From: an uncultured Candidatus Saccharibacteria bacterium
GTDB taxonomy: Bacteria; Patescibacteriota; Minisyncoccia; Phycocordibacterales; UBA9973
DNA: 60,668 bases
NCBI GenBank assembly: GCA_964402895.1
Contig: CAYODR010000004.1
Coordinates: forward strand, 34,209-94,876
Reading direction: 5' to 3'
In this document: positions 1 to 8,394 of the stretch, in pieces
How the letters are laid out: every line of letters starts with the position of its first letter
Position numbering within the stretch: the stretch's first letter is position 1
Position numbers and translations under genes: made by a program
The notes under the pieces: model-generated
Databases searched by the model: none
Told to the model about the DNA's origin: nothing
The model's input: only the letters and a program-made list of their open reading frames with translations

Positions 1-55
1 GAATAAAAATCCCCTTAGGGGGGATTTTTATTTGGGTGACCAAAGAAGTCAAACT
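1..55. repeat. 55-nt direct repeat, copy 1; contains a palindromic terminator-like hairpin (AAAAATCCCC / GGGGATTTTT)
   Basis: Bases 1-55 are identical to 196-250 by direct reading. The repeat may extend left of the window edge. Confidence 0.9.
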
Positions 56-68
56 GCTTTGACTTCTG

Positions 69-185
69 AGAGGGAATTGAAAGACGGAGCTATGCCGAAA
101 GGCGAGCGAGTCGGGGTAGCGAACACTTTACAGAATTCAAGCGAAGCGAAGAATTCTGTTTAGTGATTTGTGACCAATTCCCTCT
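69..185. other. 117-nt element bounded by 11-bp terminal inverted repeats, lying between the two 55-nt direct repeats
   Basis: AGAGGGAATTG (69-79) is the reverse complement of CAATTCCCTCT (175-185). There is an internal 9-bp hairpin, ACAGAATTC (130-138) / GAATTCTGT (151-159). No ORF is present. Confidence 0.4.
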
Positions 186-195
186 GGGCACCCAA

Positions 196-250
196 GAATA
201 AAAATCCCCTTAGGGGGGATTTTTATTTGGGTGACCAAAGAAGTCAAACT
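196..250. repeat. 55-nt direct repeat, copy 2
   Basis: Identical to 1-55. Confidence 0.9.
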
Positions 251-324
251 TATATAAAAAATTAAAAAAGCCGTGAACCTTTTAGGGACTCACGGTCTTT
301 TGTTTGCTAAGTTTACTTACTCTG

Positions 325-597
325 CTATGAAGCAGGAGCAAACTTGGCAATTTGATACTCAAGTCTCAGCATATCTTTCACATCTTTTCCGATGTGTCTA
401 GCCGGGTAATTTGGCGCCTCTCTGGCGACAATTGTCGCCGAATCAGCGTGTTTAATCGCAGAGAATCCAAGTTTTTTCAGAACAGCTTTTTCATAAGCTG
501 CTGCTTTTGCGGGGTCGTGCTCCGCTAGGCGTTTGTAGTTTTTTTCAAAAATTTTTTCAGGACTCAGCATGGAGTCCACTAAGTTCGGTGTGTACAT
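325..597 (-). CDS. hypothetical protein (90 aa)
   Basis: ORF from the track, followed on the minus strand by a hairpin plus T-run at about 268-300. No family was recognised. Confidence 0.5.
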   Translation of the reverse strand: MYTPNLVDSMLSPEKIFEKNYKRLAEHDPAKAAAYEKAVLKKLGFSAIKHADSATIVAREAPNYPARHIGKDVKDMLRLEYQIAKFAPAS

Positions 598-711
598 AGA
601 GTTATATTAAGTTTTTAATTCATCCTTCTTTTATTATATCACAAATAAATAAAAAAGCAAGCATTATGTACTCTGTGGTTTTTGAATCTTTTTTATGATA
701 ATCTAAAAAAT

Positions 712-1677
712 ATGAATCAAAATGATACAGACTATCAGGTATTACTTTTTTATAAATATGTTTTTTTGGAAAACCCAAACGAAGTTCGTGATTGGCTAAG
801 ACTTTTGTGTGAAAAGTTTGGTTTGAAGGGTAGACTGATTGTTGCACATGAAGGTATCAATATCACTCTTGAAGGACAAAAAGATAAGACTGAAGACTTT
901 ATTTCTGAATTAGAAAAGGATTCTAGATTTTTAAATATTCATTATAAAAGAAGCGTGGGAGATGGAAAATCTTTTAGAAAGTTGTCTGTAAAAACTCGTG
1001 ATGAAATAGTGACTACTAATTTAGGTGTGTGTGATATTGACCCAAATAAGATTACTGGCAAGAGACTTTCTCCAGATGAACTACATCAGTGGTTTCAAGA
1101 AGGAAAAGAGTTTTATATTGTTGATATGAGAAATGTTTATGAACACAATCTAGGACATTTTGAAAATTCTATTTTGCCTAAATTTGAAAATTTTAGAGAT
1201 CTACAAAAAATCACTAAGAAACTTAAACACTTAAAAAACAAAACAGTCTTAACTGTGTGTACTGGGGGCGTTCGGTGTGAAAAGGCTAGTGGATATCTTG
1301 TATCTCAAGGATTCGGTGATGTATATCAGCTTGATGGTGGTATAGTTAGTTATATGGAAAAATATCCAAATGAGAATTTCTTAGGCAAGCTTTATGTTTT
1401 TGATAACAGAATTGCTATGGGCTTTTATACTGACGATCAAAAACACAAGGTAATAGGTAAATGTGAATTTACGGGTGATGCTAGTGAGAATTTTGTAAAC
1501 TGTGCAAATGTTTGGTGCGGGAGACACTTTATCGTCTCAAAGAGTATAGTAGATGATTTTAAAAATAAAAATAAAAAAATCACCTGTCCAAATGGTTGCA
1601 AGATGAGACATCCAAATAAAATAAAATCTAAATTTGGTAGAGCTGTCGGAAACTTTATTCACTTATTTTCAAAATAA
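712..1677 (+). CDS. trhO: rhodanese-domain tRNA uridine(34) hydroxylase family protein (UPF0176/YceA)
   Basis: N-terminal YQVLLFYKY...AHEGINITLEG and the rhodanese active-site loop CTGGVRCEKAS. The start was moved to the first ATG (712) inside the track ORF. Confidence 0.8.
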   Translation: MNQNDTDYQVLLFYKYVFLENPNEVRDWLRLLCEKFGLKGRLIVAHEGINITLEGQKDKTEDFISELEKDSRFLNIHYKRSVGDGKSFRKLSVKTRDEIVTTNLGVCDIDPNKITGKRLSPDELHQWFQEGKEFYIVDMRNVYEHNLGHFENSILPKFENFRDLQKITKKLKHLKNKTVLTVCTGGVRCEKASGYLVSQGFGDVYQLDGGIVSYMEKYPNENFLGKLYVFDNRIAMGFYTDDQKHKVIGKCEFTGDASENFVNCANVWCGRHFIVSKSIVDDFKNKNKKITCPNGCKMRHPNKIKSKFGRAVGNFIHLFSK

Positions 1678-1678
1678 T

Positions 1679-2374
1679 ATGAAAGGAACATTGCACCCTA
1701 TGACAATTATTACAGAAGATATAAAAAGATTTTTTGAAAAGTCTGGCTTTTCTGTAGTTAATGGTCCTGAACTTGAAGATGAATATCACAACTTTGATGC
1801 TTTGAATGTGCCAAAGGATCACCCAGCAAGAGATATGCAAGATACTTTTTGGATAAAGAATCATCCGGGGAAAGTTTTAAGAACTCATACATCTTCTGTT
1901 CAAATTAGATTTATGGAAGAAAATAAACCGCCTTTTGCTATCTTGGCTCCTGGAAAAGTATTTAGAAATGAATCAACAGATGCAACTCATGAAATGCAAT
2001 TTCATCAAGTAGAGGGATTGGTTGTCGGAGAGGGTATCACTGTTGAGCACTTAAAAGGAACACTGCTTTCTTTCTTTAAAGAATTTTTTGGTGAAGATAC
2101 AGAGATTAGACTGAGACCGAGCTTCTTTCCTTTTGTTGAGCCTGGATTTGAAGTAGATGTAAAAACTATTAGAAATGGTGAAGAGAAATGGCTTGAGGTC
2201 GCAGGGGCGGGCATGGTTCACCCAAATGTTTTTAAGTCAGTTGGCTATGATGATAAGAGCATAACAGGTTTTGCTTTTGGTATGGGGATTGATAGACTCA
2301 TGATGATTAGATATGGAATACCAGATGTCAGACTTGGGTACCAGGGCGACGCTAGAATAAATCAATGGAAATAA
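1679..2374 (+). CDS. pheS: phenylalanine--tRNA ligase alpha subunit, short form (231 aa)
   Basis: Class II motifs HPARDMQDTF, LRTHTSSVQIR, FHQVEGL and GFAFGMGIDRL. The first ATG lies 2 nt after the trhO stop. Confidence 0.9.
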   Translation: MKGTLHPMTIITEDIKRFFEKSGFSVVNGPELEDEYHNFDALNVPKDHPARDMQDTFWIKNHPGKVLRTHTSSVQIRFMEENKPPFAILAPGKVFRNESTDATHEMQFHQVEGLVVGEGITVEHLKGTLLSFFKEFFGEDTEIRLRPSFFPFVEPGFEVDVKTIRNGEEKWLEVAGAGMVHPNVFKSVGYDDKSITGFAFGMGIDRLMMIRYGIPDVRLGYQGDARINQWK

Positions 2375-2375
2375 T

Positions 2376-4163
2376 ATGAAGTACTCTTATAACTGGATAC
2401 AAAAACATATAGAAGAAAAACTTCCAGCTCCGAATGAGCTTATTGAAAAAATCATTTTTCATGCTTTTGAAGTTGAGGATGTAGAAGATAAAAATGGTGA
2501 TACAGTAATGGAGATTAAGGTATTACCAGATAGAGCGGGGGATGCACTATCACATTATGGTATGGCTAGAGAAATAGCTGGAATTTTAGGTTTCAATCTA
2601 AAAACCAAACTTCAAAATATAACAGAAAAATATCCTAGTTCGGCATTTGAAATTCAAACAGATAAATGTACTCGTTATAGTTTGATGTTTATCAAAGATG
2701 TAGAAGTGAAAGATTCTTCAAAAGAAATCATTAGCTTACTTGAAAGTATTGGCCAAAAAACTATCAACAGTGTGGTTGATGCTACAAACTATGTCTTAAG
2801 TGATATTGGACAACCGACACATGTTTTTGATGCAGATAAGGTAATAGGAAATATAGTTATAAGAAATGCAGTTGATGGAGAAAAAATCACAACACTATCA
2901 GGTGAAGAAAAGATTCTAAAAGAAAATGACATTGTCATCGCTGATGATGTTGGGCTACTTGCTATTGCTGGCGTTAAGGGGGGCAATAGAGCTGAAGTTG
3001 ATCAGGGTACAAAAAATATTTTAATTGAAGTTGCGAATTTTGATGCAGTTAGTATTAGAAAAACATCTCGCAGTCAGGGTCTTGTGACTGATGCTTCAAA
3101 AAGATTTGAAAATAATATTTCAAACAATCTTGTACCAAAAGCAATGTATCTACTATCAGAAATGATTAAGGAAAATGCAGGCGGTGAGATTGTAGGCTAT
3201 AGCGACCATTGTCTGGTGGTTGAAGAAGAAAAAGAGATTGGGTTTAAAATGTCTGATATCAATAAAAGACTTGGCGATATAATCACAGAAAATGATGTAA
3301 TAGATGTTTTCAATAAATATAAATACACATATCAAAAAGAAGGTGATAATTTTATTTTAATCCCACCTTATTACAGAAAAGATTTAAATGGTGCTCATGA
3401 TATTGCAGAAGAGATAGGGAGAGTGGTGGGATATGAAAAAATACTTCCAAAAGAATTACCTTTTAAATTTATCTCCAATACTACTTCATTTGATAAAAAG
3501 ATTAGAAGTATTAAGAATTTCTTAATGAATGATGGGTATACAGAAGTACTAACTTATGTATTTAGAAAAAAGGGTGATATTTCTGTAGCCCATGGTCCAA
3601 AAGATAAGAGTGCTTTAAGAAAGGATTTAAAAACTGGATTAGCAGAGAGTTTTGAGCTCAACAGACTAAATGCTCCTGTACTTGGTTTATCTGAAGTTAA
3701 AATATTTGAAATAGGTAATGTCTTTAATCTAGATGGAGATAAAATCACAGAAGAAACCCGAGTTGGTCTTGCGACCAAAGGAGGGGTAGAAGAATATTTA
3801 ATAGACGAGTTTGTGGAAAAATTTTCAGTCCCAGATTCTGAACTTGAAGTCTCAACAGATAATAAACTATTTAAATCTTGGAGTAGCTATCCTTTTGTTG
3901 TCAGAGATATAGCGGTCTGGATTTCTGAAACAGAAAATAGTCTTGAGCAAGAACTTCAAAATATTATTTTTAAACTTAAGGTAGATCAGGATGTGCTATC
4001 TGTAGAAAAGTTTGACCAATTTACTAAAGACGGAAAAACCTCTTTTGCTTATAGAATAGTTTTCCAATCTAAAGATTCTACTCTGACTGATGCTGAAGTG
4101 TCAGATAAGCTAAAACCGATACTTGAAGAAATTCAAGAAAATCCTCAATTTGAGCTTAGGTAA
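2376..4163 (+). CDS. pheT: phenylalanine--tRNA ligase beta subunit, short form (595 aa)
   Basis: Starts 1 nt after pheS with an MKYSYNWIQ-type N-terminus. A B3/4-B5 core and a C-terminal FDX-ACB-like end (FAYRIVFQS..TLTD.EV) are present. Confidence 0.9.
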   Translation: MKYSYNWIQKHIEEKLPAPNELIEKIIFHAFEVEDVEDKNGDTVMEIKVLPDRAGDALSHYGMAREIAGILGFNLKTKLQNITEKYPSSAFEIQTDKCTRYSLMFIKDVEVKDSSKEIISLLESIGQKTINSVVDATNYVLSDIGQPTHVFDADKVIGNIVIRNAVDGEKITTLSGEEKILKENDIVIADDVGLLAIAGVKGGNRAEVDQGTKNILIEVANFDAVSIRKTSRSQGLVTDASKRFENNISNNLVPKAMYLLSEMIKENAGGEIVGYSDHCLVVEEEKEIGFKMSDINKRLGDIITENDVIDVFNKYKYTYQKEGDNFILIPPYYRKDLNGAHDIAEEIGRVVGYEKILPKELPFKFISNTTSFDKKIRSIKNFLMNDGYTEVLTYVFRKKGDISVAHGPKDKSALRKDLKTGLAESFELNRLNAPVLGLSEVKIFEIGNVFNLDGDKITEETRVGLATKGGVEEYLIDEFVEKFSVPDSELEVSTDNKLFKSWSSYPFVVRDIAVWISETENSLEQELQNIIFKLKVDQDVLSVEKFDQFTKDGKTSFAYRIVFQSKDSTLTDAEVSDKLKPILEEIQENPQFELR

Positions 4164-4185
4164 AAATATGGTATCTTAAAGGTAT

Positions 4186-4695
4186 ATGAAATATGTAGTT
4201 GGTTTAGTTTTTACGATTATTATAGTAGGTACTTTGATTTGGGCTAGTTATATAAAGAAAGAAAGGGTGGGTGGTGATAGCACTTATTCACAATCCCAAG
4301 CAGAGGTTTTGATTGAAGATTTAGAAGATGATTCTATCTCACAAAAATTAGAAGTTAAGAATAATACACAAGATATGAAAATAGAAATTACAAAAGAGGG
4401 AACAGGCGCGTCTATTGTAAATGGACAAAATGCTGTAATGCTTTATACGGGCAAGCTTGAAGATGGTACTGTATTTGATTCTACTTCAAATAGAAATAAT
4501 GACCCCTTTATTTTTAATTTAGGTGCAGGTATGGTGATTAAAGGTTGGGACGAAGGAGTACTTGGAATGAAGGTTGGTGAAGAGAGAACTCTGACTATTC
4601 CTTATGATATGGCATATGGAGAAAATGGTATCCCAGGAGTTATTCCACCAAAATCAACACTTATCTTTGATGTTGTGCTATTAGAAATAAGATAA
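4186..4695 (+). CDS. membrane-anchored FKBP-type peptidyl-prolyl cis-trans isomerase
   Basis: N-terminal TM helix, then [13 protein letters not shown]...[33 protein letters not shown]. Confidence 0.85.
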   Translation: MKYVVGLVFTIIIVGTLIWASYIKKERVGGDSTYSQSQAEVLIEDLEDDSISQKLEVKNNTQDMKIEITKEGTGASIVNGQNAVMLYTGKLEDGTVFDSTSNRNNDPFIFNLGAGMVIKGWDEGVLGMKVGEERTLTIPYDMAYGENGIPGVIPPKSTLIFDVVLLEIR

Positions 4696-4699
4696 TTAA

Positions 4700-5686
4700 A
4701 TGAAGCTCTCAAAAATAAAAATTTTAATCATAATCATTACACTCGTTGTTTTAGGTTTTATTTTGTTTTTATTTAAAAATAAAAATACAACAGAGAACTT
4801 TTCTGCATATATACAAAGTGGAGTGGTTAGTAGAAGTCTGGAAGTGGATGCCACAGTTGTAAATGGTGCTGAATATGATTTAACTTTTATTGAAGAGGGT
4901 CAGATAGATAGTGTATTTGTCTGGGTTGGCAAGAAAGTTAAGAAGGGCGATATACTCATCACCCTTTATAATTCTGATGAAAGAAAAAACTACAATAATG
5001 CGCTTTCTATTTTGAAAAAAGCAGAAGAGAGATATAGAAAAATATTAAATACTGAAGTAAAAGATAATCCTAAAGAAAAAAAGGATCATGAAGATGCGCT
5101 TGATTTAGCATTATCTGATGTGGTAGCAGCCCAAGTACTCGTAGAATCTACTCGTGCAATTGTAGAGCGAACAAGAGTCAGGGCACCTATTGATGGAGTT
5201 ATAACTAAAGTTTTAGGCAGAGTGGATCAAGTAGTTGGCACTGATATTTCGGTCATCAGTATTTCTGATAAGGATAATTATTATTTAGAATCAGATGTGT
5301 CTATATATGATGGGATATTTGTTTCTCGTGGACAAAGGGTGAGTATCGGATCTAGAAATAATGCTATTCAAAGTTCTGTTACGGGGCTTAAGAATGTTGG
5401 CGAAAGACTTTTAATAAGTACTCTTTTACCCAACAAGGATTTTGAAGTAGGCAGTATTGTTCAAACTAGAATTATAACAGCAGAAGTCAGAGATGTGCTT
5501 TTTGTAAACAGAAATTCTCTTTATGAAACAGAAAATGGATATTATTTACAGGTACAAAATACAGAGGACGGTAAGCTAAATAATGTTTTTGTGTCAGTTG
5601 GGCTCACTGGGGACAATGATTTTGTTGAGATAAAAAGCGGTGTATCAGAGGGGGATTTAATTATTTGGGAAAAAGAGGGGTTATAA
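4700..5686 (+). CDS. HlyD/efflux-adaptor-like membrane fusion protein
   Basis: N-terminal TM helix, a lipoyl-like hairpin (VGKKVKKGDILITL ... RAPIDGVITKV) and a coiled-coil middle section. Confidence 0.65.
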   Translation: MKLSKIKILIIIITLVVLGFILFLFKNKNTTENFSAYIQSGVVSRSLEVDATVVNGAEYDLTFIEEGQIDSVFVWVGKKVKKGDILITLYNSDERKNYNNALSILKKAEERYRKILNTEVKDNPKEKKDHEDALDLALSDVVAAQVLVESTRAIVERTRVRAPIDGVITKVLGRVDQVVGTDISVISISDKDNYYLESDVSIYDGIFVSRGQRVSIGSRNNAIQSSVTGLKNVGERLLISTLLPNKDFEVGSIVQTRIITAEVRDVLFVNRNSLYETENGYYLQVQNTEDGKLNNVFVSVGLTGDNDFVEIKSGVSEGDLIIWEKEGL

Positions 5687-5711
5687 AATTACTGTGATAT
5701 AATAATTTTGT

Positions 5712-6485
5712 ATGAATGAAATTAAAGCAAACAAAAAGACCTTAGTGTCTGTGGGGATTATTGTGCTCGTTCTTTTGGCAATATTTTTAGCAGTAGGTAT
5801 TTTTAAGGGATTAAAGGAATACAAATATATAGGTAGCGGCTCACAATCAGGAAATGTAATAGTAGTAAATGGTGAAGGTAAAATAGAAAAAGCCCCAGAT
5901 ACAGCTAGAATAACATTTTCAATTAACAATGAGTCTAGAGTTTTGTCTGATGCACAAAAAGTTGTAGATGATAAATTTACAAAAATAAATTCAGAGCTTG
6001 TTGCATTAGGAGTAGATTCAAAAGATATTAGTACAGAAAGATATAATTCATATCCTAGATATACATACTTAGACAATAGAGCACCAGTACTTCGTGGTTA
6101 TGAAGTCTCACATAGTGTACTTGTAAAAGTTAAAGATTTGGAATTGGTAGGTAATGTAATTGATATTCTCGGAAGAAATACCGTTACAGATATTAATGGT
6201 CCAAATTTTGGTTTTGATGATGACAAGGCTATAGCTAGAGAAGCCCGAGAGCTTGCTATTGTAGACGCAAAAGATCAGGCTGAAAAATTAGCACAAGATC
6301 TTGGGGTGAGACTTGTGAGGATTGTTTCATTTAGTGAAGATGGTAGTTTTGCTAGAGCTCCATTATTAAATATGGCTAAGCAAGAAGTCATGCTGGGTGG
6401 TGTAATGGATTCAAGTGCTAGTAATGTAGTAATTGGAGAAAGAGAAGTTCATTCCAGTGTAACTATTGTATACGAAATTCGTTAA
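5712..6485 (+). CDS. SIMPL (DUF541) domain periplasmic protein
   Basis: N-terminal TM helix, RGYEVSHSVLVKVKDLELVGNVID, and ARE.A...AK.QAEKLA..LGV.L..I. Confidence 0.7.
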   Translation: MNEIKANKKTLVSVGIIVLVLLAIFLAVGIFKGLKEYKYIGSGSQSGNVIVVNGEGKIEKAPDTARITFSINNESRVLSDAQKVVDDKFTKINSELVALGVDSKDISTERYNSYPRYTYLDNRAPVLRGYEVSHSVLVKVKDLELVGNVIDILGRNTVTDINGPNFGFDDDKAIAREARELAIVDAKDQAEKLAQDLGVRLVRIVSFSEDGSFARAPLLNMAKQEVMLGGVMDSSASNVVIGEREVHSSVTIVYEIR

Positions 6486-6495
6486 AATCTTATTT

Positions 6496-6526
6496 AAAAT
6501 AGCCTTATGTGATAAGGCTATTTTTA
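6496..6526 (+). terminator. intrinsic terminator
   Basis: TAGCCTTA-tgtga-TAAGGCTA followed by TTTTT. Confidence 0.7.
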
Positions 6527-6528
6527 AT

Positions 6529-6557
6529 TTGCATATACAGTGTTTATGTGGTACTAT
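6529..6557 (+). promoter_or_regulatory. sigma70-type promoter of secE-nusG
   Basis: TTGCAT-N17-TACTAT with TGn immediately upstream of the -10. Confidence 0.6.
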
Positions 6558-6605
6558 GGGTTTAATTAGCCCGAGGTAGGGCGATTTTTAGTAAGGATTA
6601 AAATT

Positions 6606-6782
6606 ATGGCAAAACTTGGATTTATAAAAGCAACAAAACAAGAAATGGTACATGTAAAATGGCCAACACGCGCACGCACAGTAGCTTATACAGTAATTAT
6701 CATTGCTTTTTCATTAGCATTAGGATATTTCTTTAGTGGAATAGATAGTATTTTCCAATCAGGTCTTCGCGCACTTATTTAA
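6606..6782 (+). CDS. secE: preprotein translocase subunit SecE (58 aa, below the ORF-track cutoff)
   Basis: Hand translation gives MAKLGFIKATKQEMVHVKWPTRARTVAYTVIIIAFSLALGYFFSGIDSIFQSGLRALI, with a single TM helix. It sits directly upstream of nusG. Confidence 0.8.
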   Translation: MAKLGFIKATKQEMVHVKWPTRARTVAYTVIIIAFSLALGYFFSGIDSIFQSGLRALI

Positions 6783-6802
6783 TAGCTTATCTTTTTAAAA
6801 TT

Positions 6803-7351
6803 ATGGCAAAACAAGAACAAGCAGGAGAAAGAAATTGGTATGCTATTCATACTTATTCTGGCTATGAAAATGCTGTACTTAGAAATCTTAAGCAGCGTAT
6901 TGAAAGTCTGGGTATGGAAGATAAAATCTTTGAGGTAGTTGTACCGACTGAAAAGAAAATAAAAATTAAAGGCGGAAAGCGTGTAGAGGTAGAAGAAAAA
7001 ATTTATCCCGGCTATGTCCTAGTAGATATGATTGTGACTGATGATTCATGGTTTGTGGTGCGTAATACTCCAAGAGTCACAGGGTTCGTAGGGGCAGGAG
7101 TAACTCCGGTTCCACTTACTACAAAAGAGATAGAGTATTTACTCGGTAAAATGCAAGAAGATACTGAGGCATCTCACACCATAGACCTTGAAGAGGGGGA
7201 AATCATTATCATCAATGATGGGCCATTTAAAGATGCAGAGGGAGTAGTAAGTGAGGTAGATCATTCAAAAGGTAAGGTTCGTGTGATGGTATCGCTCTTT
7301 GGAAGAGAGACACCTGTTGAACTAGATTTTTTACAAGTTCGCAAAATGTAA
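6803..7351 (+). CDS. nusG: transcription termination/antitermination factor NusG
   Basis: NGN domain (WYAIHTYSGYEN...) and KOW domain (GEIIIINDGPFKDAEGVV). Confidence 0.95.
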   Translation: MAKQEQAGERNWYAIHTYSGYENAVLRNLKQRIESLGMEDKIFEVVVPTEKKIKIKGGKRVEVEEKIYPGYVLVDMIVTDDSWFVVRNTPRVTGFVGAGVTPVPLTTKEIEYLLGKMQEDTEASHTIDLEEGEIIIINDGPFKDAEGVVSEVDHSKGKVRVMVSLFGRETPVELDFLQVRKM

Positions 7352-7385
7352 AACAAAAAACCGCTTATGCGGTTTTTTGTTTTTT
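7352..7385 (+). terminator. intrinsic terminator after nusG
   Basis: AAAAAACCGC-ttat-GCGGTTTTTT. Confidence 0.8.
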
Positions 7386-7446
7386 AATACCCAGCACTCC
7401 AAACAAATCCTTTTTGCCGTCATTATATTTGAAAATAAAAACCTGT

Positions 7447-7640
7447 CATTACCATATTGCTTATTTTTAGACACGGATAATAATCTGCATTCTAAAACAA
7501 ATATGTCTTTCTGGGGGCACGCATAAAACTTTAGCTGGTATTTTTTTATGTTATTTAGTACAAAACCTCCAAAACTACATTGCTTATTTTTAGACACGGA
7601 TAATTTTCTGCAGAAAATTATCCGTGTCTCTGAATAGGAT
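7447..7640. repeat. modular palindromic intergenic repeat, locus 1 (modules A, B, A plus a 38-nt perfect palindrome)
   Basis: ATTGCTTATTTTTAGACACGGATAAT occurs twice (about 7456 and 7579). AAATATGTCTTTCTGGGGGCACG lies at 7499-7521. A perfect palindrome AGACACGGATAATTTTCTG/CAGAAAATTATCCGTGTCT lies at 7592-7629. Confidence 0.85.
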
Positions 7641-7643
7641 ATA

Positions 7644-7671
7644 TTGTTTGGGACTAATGCTGTGATATAAT
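7644..7671 (+). promoter_or_regulatory. sigma70-type promoter; the ATG lies 6 nt after the -10 (leaderless geometry)
   Basis: TTGTTT-N16-TATAAT preceded by TGa. The ATG is at 7678. Confidence 0.6.
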
Positions 7672-7677
7672 AAAAAC

Positions 7678-8309
7678 ATGAAAATCTTATCAACTCGACT
7701 AAAGAATATTAAGGGGGGGGGTATACGCTAAAAAGTAGAGCCTTCACTCTAAATTATTTTAATAAAAATAAAGCTTTCACGCTCATTGAGCTTTTAGTAG
7801 CGATCGCAATTATCGGAATACTCGCAACAGTTGTGATTGCATCACTAAATGGGGCAAGAGAAAAAGCTAAAACTGCAGCGATAAAATCTGAAGCTAGACA
7901 ACTCTTTAACTTAGCAATGGAGCATTATGCTGAGATGGGGGATTTTACTACTTTTGCGTCTTATGGTTGGGTTAAGGGAGACGGACAAGAAGGTGCTACC
8001 GCCGGGGCATGTTCTAATAGAATACGAGCAACTGCCTTAAATAGAGATAGGGCGATAGAAATATGTAATAGTATAAATTCAAAACTTTCAACAAATACCT
8101 CTGGGGGTTCTGCTGCAAATAGAATGCTTGTTTCTTGTCAGACAGCTCGTTGTAGTTTAGTACACCAGTTTTCTGTTCAAGTTAAACTAAATGACAATGC
8201 TTATGCCAGTGGAGTAGAAGCTGGGAATTGGTTTTGTATAGGAACATCTGGTGCTGTATATGAAGGTTTATATAGTACGGGTTCTGCTGGATGTATCGGT
8301 AATCCATAA
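7678..8309 (+). CDS. type IV pilin-like protein (class III signal peptide); the start codon and pilin body are in different frames across a G9 tract
   Basis: [19 protein letters not shown] prepilin motif at 7770-7826 and paired Cys in the C-terminal part. The pilin frame is open from 7713 with no ATG/GTG/TTG before the hydrophobic helix. The ATG at 7678 is in another frame and hits TAA at 7729. Confidence 0.65.
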
Positions 8310-8394
8310 TATATGTTCTGTACAAAAAAGTATTTTCTGCTATAATCATTCTCGTTACGCTAAAGCTTCATTTTAGTAAATAATTACAAACTAC

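Noticed and set aside
66-85. Hammerhead-ribozyme-like CTGA..GAAA string
   Set aside because: The core reads CUGAGAG, not CUGANGA, and no consistent three-stem arrangement or cleavage-site context could be drawn.
1-250. Mini-CRISPR (repeat-spacer-repeat) interpretation of the 55-nt direct repeats; the same idea for the 7.5, 12.4 and 31.2 kb repeat modules
   Set aside because: There are only two copies, and 55 nt is too long for a CRISPR repeat. The 140-nt spacer has its own inverted termini. The other repeat family is irregularly spaced and occurs in both orientations. No cas genes are present in the window.
620-847. 75-aa minus-strand ORF overlapping the trhO start
   Set aside because: It overlaps the 5' end of a well-supported gene on the opposite strand and has no supporting signals.
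4700-6485. HlyD-like adaptor plus SIMPL protein as a novel export system
   Set aside because: No ABC/RND pump or outer component is adjacent. The two genes have ordinary family signatures, and nothing in the sequence links them functionally beyond adjacency.
7331-7693. 120-aa minus-strand ORF between nusG and the pilin gene
   Set aside because: It is made up of the palindromic repeat modules and the nusG terminator. Its translation is low-complexity and Cys/Phe-rich, and it has no start context. It is better explained as non-coding repeat DNA.
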